Part shown: in pieces, positions 59,645 to 64,000 of the stretch
Layout of the letters: every line of letters starts with the position of its first letter
Numbering within the stretch: position 1 is the first letter of the stretch
Virus record (IMG/VR): IMGVR_UViG_3300032280_000651
Span: 1 to 64,000 of that record
Reading direction: 5' to 3' (one strand)
Source of the DNA: a virus
Lineage: Duplodnaviria > Caudoviricetes
DNA: 64,000 nucleotides
Notes under the pieces: generated by a model
Seen by the model: only the letters and a program-made list of their open reading frames with translations
What the model was told of the DNA's origin: nothing
The model's database searches: none
Made by a program: the position numbers and the translations under genes

Positions 59645-59827
59645 TTATTTTAATATGGCTTTTATTTTTTCTTTTCTTTCTAAATTTTTTGATAAACTTA
59701 CTTTTAACTCAAACCATTGACCATTTGAGTACATATTATGTTTACCTGTGGCTAAATCATAATACATGTCACCATCATTAGGATTACTTGGTGGTGAACC
59801 ATACGAATAACTTGTACTCATCAACAT
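59645..59827 (-). CDS. Hypothetical protein
   Basis: 60 aa; C-terminal RKEKIKAIL. Confidence 0.55.
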   Translation of the reverse strand: MLMSTSYSYGSPPSNPNDGDMYYDLATGKHNMYSNGQWFELKVSLSKNLERKEKIKAILK

Positions 59828-60888
59828 TAGAAATTACCTGAACTTTTTAACTTTTCTAAAATGGCTTTCTGATCTAGGTTTATAGATTTCGGTATTCTAA
59901 TCTTAATATTTACTACTAAACTTCCCATACCTTCGTGTATATCTTGAACACCTTTCCCGTGTATTCTTATAATCTTACCGTGTTCTGTACCTGGTTCAAT
60001 TGCTATCATTATATCTCCGTGTGGAGTTTTAACAGGTATATTCGCACCAATAATTGCATCAATGACAGAAATTTCTTGGTCAACTATAATGTTACCACCT
60101 TCTCTTCTAAAGTACATTTCTCTTACTTCATCAAATACAATATACAAATCTCCTGGAAAACCATTTAGTATATGGTTACCAAAACCCGCCATTGTCATTT
60201 GCATTCCGTTTCCAACACCTTTAGGTATTTCAACATCAACTGTTTGTTCTTTTGGTACAGTCGCTTGTCCGTGACAAACATTACATTTATTTGTTATTTG
60301 ATTTCCAGTACCATTACAATCAGGACACATAGATGAATTTCTAATTTGCCCGAATGGAGTATTTTGTACTACTGTTCTATGTCCAGATCCATTACAAGGA
60401 ATACAAGTTCTTACATCAGAACCACCTTTTCCATTACAACCATTACAAGGCTCTTGTCTTTTATATTTTAATTTCTTTGTAGTACCATTGATTATTTCTT
60501 CAATAGTTAAAGAAACCTTTATTCTTAAATCAGATCCTTTAGATTGTCTTTGTTGTTGTCTTTGTCCACCGAATCCACCACCGAATATATCACCAAATTG
60601 GTTAAATATATCGTTCATATTGAATCCGTGACCTTGACCACCTCCAAATCCACCGAATGGATTTCCACCACCATCGGCTGACCCGAATCTATCGTAGTTT
60701 GATTTCTTATCTGGAGTAGAAAGAACATCATAAGCTTCTGCTGCTTCTTTAAATTTAGTTTCCGCTTCGGGATTATCAGGATTTTTATCAGGATGCCATT
60801 TCATAGCCATTTTACGATAAGACTTCTTAATCTCATCTTCTGTTGCATTTCTGTCAACACCTAGTACGTCATAATAATCTTTTGCCAT
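59827..60888 (-). CDS. dnaJ: DnaJ chaperone
   Basis: HPD J domain, G/F region, four CxxCxGxG repeats. Confidence 0.95.
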   Translation of the reverse strand: MAKDYYDVLGVDRNATEDEIKKSYRKMAMKWHPDKNPDNPEAETKFKEAAEAYDVLSTPDKKSNYDRFGSADGGGNPFGGFGGGQGHGFNMNDIFNQFGDIFGGGFGGQRQQQRQSKGSDLRIKVSLTIEEIINGTTKKLKYKRQEPCNGCNGKGGSDVRTCIPCNGSGHRTVVQNTPFGQIRNSSMCPDCNGTGNQITNKCNVCHGQATVPKEQTVDVEIPKGVGNGMQMTMAGFGNHILNGFPGDLYIVFDEVREMYFRREGGNIIVDQEISVIDAIIGANIPVKTPHGDIMIAIEPGTEHGKIIRIHGKGVQDIHEGMGSLVVNIKIRIPKSINLDQKAILEKLKSSGNF

Positions 60889-60892
60889 AGTT

Positions 60893-61207
60893 TTATGCTA
60901 ATATTTTTTCTAATTTTATATCTCTATATATTTGTTTGGTTGTGTCTGTTAGTTTAATAGAAGTCCATTTATTATATCTTATAATAAATTCGTTGTCATA
61001 AACTGTTGAAGACATAATCGGCATTTCGTCAATTATATCTTTAAATACATTTTGAGCATCCTCTATTTTCCAATTATCAACATCTGATAATCTCTTACAG
61101 AAATACTCCATAAACGGAGTTGCAGTATCAATAACAGTACCTATATAACTATCAGAATTGAAACCTTGTGGTGCAGATTCTGATATTTGTACATACCAAT
61201 TAATCAT
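60893..61207 (-). CDS. Hypothetical protein
   Basis: C-terminal RDIKLEKIL. Confidence 0.6.
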   Translation of the reverse strand: MINWYVQISESAPQGFNSDSYIGTVIDTATPFMEYFCKRLSDVDNWKIEDAQNVFKDIIDEMPIMSSTVYDNEFIIRYNKWTSIKLTDTTKQIYRDIKLEKILA

Positions 61208-61724
61208 TTATTATATTCTTTAAATTTTTATTTCTTTTTGCGGATTTTATATCTTCATTAAGAGTTTCAGAGTTGTAAGCTTGTTGAAATAATCCTGCAA
61301 TATAATTATCAACTATAAGTTGTAATGTTTCTTGTGTTCTATCTAAATTATCAAACATTTCTAATTTATTTGCAGTTTTTGGTAAAATCAAAACCAAATA
61401 ATCTAAAAAATCATCTATATCAAATAATAATTCGAATAACTCTAATCTCTTCTCTCTTAACATAGAAGGTGGGGTAATATAAACTTTACCCCACACTCTT
61501 CTAATTGATGGCATTATCAAATCTAAAATTTCTTCATCACCATCATATAAAGTTCCTTGAAACTCAAACCCTTCAAATAAGTAAATCTTTTTATCTAAAA
61601 CATAATCTAATACATCACGAAAATCAGAAGAATTCTTAATACCCTGACATAAAGTATCAAGTATTATCTCTCGATAAGATGCATTTTGATTTATATTCAA
61701 AATTGAAGGTTTGGTATCCATCAT
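61200..61724 (-). CDS. Hypothetical protein
   Basis: C-terminal RNKNLKNII. Confidence 0.6.
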   Translation of the reverse strand: MMDTKPSILNINQNASYREIILDTLCQGIKNSSDFRDVLDYVLDKKIYLFEGFEFQGTLYDGDEEILDLIMPSIRRVWGKVYITPPSMLREKRLELFELLFDIDDFLDYLVLILPKTANKLEMFDNLDRTQETLQLIVDNYIAGLFQQAYNSETLNEDIKSAKRNKNLKNIIND

Positions 61725-61727
61725 AAC

Positions 61728-62180
61728 TTATCTTCCTAAAACGATTTTTGGATATCTAAATGGTTTACCATTTAATGAATAACCTTTTGATACTACATCA
61801 ACTACCTTTTGCACATCCGAGGGAATCACAGAAATAACTTCGTGTAAATCCTCATCATAAACTTCAGTTTGTATTGTTTCGATACCTTGTGATTTTAAAA
61901 AAGTATCTAATTTGTGTGCTATTAATAAAACACCTTCATCAACTTTATCCATTGACTTTAAAGCAATACTAATGTCATTATCCATATCAAGTATAGATGA
62001 TAACATTTTTGTTTTTGTATTTAATACTAATTCTTCTTTATCTTTTTGAACTCTTCTTTTGTAGTTTTCAAAATCTGCATAAAGACGTAAGTATTTCTCT
62101 TCTGATTCTTGTAACTTTTGTTCTACTGTTACTTCAACAACAGTTTCCTCTAAAATTTCTTTTTGTTCTTCGTTTTCCAT
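61728..62180 (-). CDS. grpE: GrpE nucleotide exchange factor
   Basis: YLRLYADFENYKRR; LHEVI; KGYSLNGKPFRYPKIV; start ATG 62180. Confidence 0.9.
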   Translation of the reverse strand: MENEEQKEILEETVVEVTVEQKLQESEEKYLRLYADFENYKRRVQKDKEELVLNTKTKMLSSILDMDNDISIALKSMDKVDEGVLLIAHKLDTFLKSQGIETIQTEVYDEDLHEVISVIPSDVQKVVDVVSKGYSLNGKPFRYPKIVLGR

Positions 62181-62181
62181 A

Positions 62182-62679
62182 TTAATAATTAAATTTAAGT
62201 AATTTTTTAACTGCACTCGAATTATAAAACTCATAGATAACATTCTTATCTTCAAGCTCAATAACTTCTAATTTTTCTAACTCTATTTTCATCTCATCAA
62301 TGTATTCAACAAGTTCTTTTAATGAATTAACCCAACCTGCACTAGGTTCCCAATAATCTGGAAACTTATCTAAAAACTTATCAACTGCATAGTCTAAGTT
62401 TTTCTTTCTAACTAGTAAGGTACCATCTTTTTTAGGATTACCAATAGATTTATTACTTAAAAATTCAGTTATATAAGTATTAAACTTATGAATTAAATTT
62501 ATAGTTTCTATTATTTTTAGTAAACCCATTACTAAAGCATCTCTTTCAGATACTTCTATCTCTTCATTTTCTTTAAGTATTCTTTCTGCTTCTTTTTCGG
62601 TACATTGTAGTACGTAATATACATAAGTGTCCCAAAGACATCTCTTTACAATTTCTTCTGGACGTATCATTATTTTCAT
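62182..62679 (-). CDS. Hypothetical protein
   Basis: 165 aa ORF. Confidence 0.6.
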   Translation of the reverse strand: MKIMIRPEEIVKRCLWDTYVYYVLQCTEKEAERILKENEEIEVSERDALVMGLLKIIETINLIHKFNTYITEFLSNKSIGNPKKDGTLLVRKKNLDYAVDKFLDKFPDYWEPSAGWVNSLKELVEYIDEMKIELEKLEVIELEDKNVIYEFYNSSAVKKLLKFNY

Positions 62680-62758
62680 ATATTTTCAATAATTTTATTA
62701 TTATATACGTATTTAGTAAGAAGTTTTTCTTATCTTTGTCAAAAATATAATTTAAAAC

Positions 62759-62950
62759 ATGGAAATAAACGAAAAAGTAGAACTAAACAAGAAAATCAAA
62801 TCTTACGATGGTACTAATTCATTTTTACTATCATTACAGAAACAATTAAAAACAAATACAAAACTAAACAAAGAAGATTTTAAAGGTAGACAAGTAAAAG
62901 TTTTAAGTGATAAACAATACTCTGTTGCAGAAAACTTATTAAAAGACTAA
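62759..62950 (+). CDS. Hypothetical protein
   Basis: 63 aa behind TATCTTTG. Confidence 0.55.
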   Translation: MEINEKVELNKKIKSYDGTNSFLLSLQKQLKTNTKLNKEDFKGRQVKVLSDKQYSVAENLLKD

Positions 62951-63062
62951 AATATGAATAATAAAAATGAGAAGTGAAAACTTCTCATTTTTTTTGTTAA
63001 AACAAATAGGGTTGATTTTTTTTTATATATATTATATCTTAGATAAAAAATAAATATAAAAT

Positions 63063-63527
63063 ATGAAATTGTCAGAAAACTTAGACTTAGGTGAATTAAC
63101 AAGAAGTGAAGCTGCTAAAAGAAATCGTATAAGTAATATGCCAACAGCTGAACACATTGAGAATATGAAAAAGTTAGCAACCAATATTTTTCAACCAATT
63201 AGAGAAAATTTTGGTGTTCCTATTTTTATTAGCTCAGGTTATAGAAGCAAAGCATTAAACTCTAAAATCGGAGGAAGTTCAACAAGCCAACATAGTACAG
63301 GAGAAGCAATTGATATTGATATGGATGGTAGTTCAAGTGGTGTTACTAACAAACAAGTTTTTGATTACATAAAAGATAATTTAGATTTTGATCAACTTAT
63401 ATGGGAATTTGGTAATAAAAATAATCCTGACTGGGTACATGTTTCTTATGAAAGTACTGGTAAACAAAGAAAACAAGTTTTAAGAGCAGTTAGAGTAAAA
63501 GGTGTTACAAAATATGAAAATTATTAA
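63063..63527 (+). CDS. Peptidase M15A (D-Ala-D-Ala-peptidase-like), possible endolysin
   Basis: ISSGYRS, SQHSTGEAIDI, WVHVSY. Confidence 0.85.
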   Translation: MKLSENLDLGELTRSEAAKRNRISNMPTAEHIENMKKLATNIFQPIRENFGVPIFISSGYRSKALNSKIGGSSTSQHSTGEAIDIDMDGSSSGVTNKQVFDYIKDNLDFDQLIWEFGNKNNPDWVHVSYESTGKQRKQVLRAVRVKGVTKYENY

Positions 63528-63659
63528 ATTAAAAACCTCAATTTTATTGAGGTTTTTTTAGTATTATCTAATCTTAAACTTTCAAATAACTCAAAGAAAA
63601 GTTCAAATAAATTTCTACTTATAGAATAATTCATTATCTTTGTAAAAATTAAAAAAGAA

Positions 63660-64000
63660 ATGAAAGTAATTCCAACATATGAAGAAGCAGTTGCATTGAC
63701 ATTGCTACCTAACTCACCATTTTATGAGTCTAGGTCTATTGTTGGTGGATATACTGTATCTACTTTCAACTATAGATTAGCTTCTTGGTCAGACTTCAAC
63801 GCACCAGGTGCGAAAGAAATGAGAGGAATTACTTATGTATTCAACTCTGACGGATCTTTGTTTAAAAGATACTTATTATTAGAGAAATTCTTTAACTTGA
63901 ACCAAGTACCAGATACTATGTATTCAGAAGTTAAAGATTTCAAAATCAAATCTATCTACAACAAAGAAGATGGTTCTGTAGCATCATTTATCAAACTACC
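63660..64000 (+). CDS. T4 Rnl1-like RNA ligase, N-terminal part (runs off the window)
   Basis: EMRGITYVF, LEKFFNL and adenylation motif KEDGS. Confidence 0.8.
   Translation, partial: MKVIPTYEEAVALTLLPNSPFYESRSIVGGYTVSTFNYRLASWSDFNAPGAKEMRGITYVFNSDGSLFKRYLLLEKFFNLNQVPDTMYSEVKDFKIKSIYNKEDGSVASFIKL

Noticed and set aside
14896-63560. Many short inverted repeats flanked by A and T tracts (near 14900, 19420, 21860, 25080, 49300, 51235, 53400, 57735, 62970, 63535)
   Set aside because: Ordinary, often bidirectional intrinsic terminators with unrelated stem sequences; not a repeat family or mobile element

Overview
64 kb fragment of a very AT-rich jumbo phage with dispersed T4-like genes: gp13/gp14-like neck proteins, a gp32-like SSB and a tail-tube-initiator-like protein. 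The host is probably a Bacteroidota/Flavobacterium-like bacterium, judged from TTTG-N19/20-TAnnTTTG promoters. The window holds nucleotide and NAD metabolism genes (NAMPT, NrdB, GuaC, 5'-nucleotidase), chaperones (ClpC-like, DnaJ, GrpE), RNA-repair-type enzymes, seven free-standing homing-endonuclease-like genes, two M15 peptidases, a ~15.5 kb glycan synthesis island and three tRNA arrays. Main discovery: each tRNA array is preceded by a promoter, a 29-33 aa leader ORF, an intrinsic terminator, and a segment inside the leader ORF complementary to the 5' arm of the terminator. The codons clustered in each leader match the amino acids of the tRNAs downstream: Leu/Arg; Thr/Ile/Asn/Val/Cys; Met/Pro/Gln/Asp. 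This looks like ribosome-dependent transcription attenuation making phage tRNA supply demand-driven, an arrangement I do not know to have been described for tRNA operons. The arrays also contain two D-arm-less tRNA-like RNAs with a shared architecture, class I tRNAs with long variable arms, and two other tRNA-like RNAs. All annotation is by eye, with no database searches or folding programs run.
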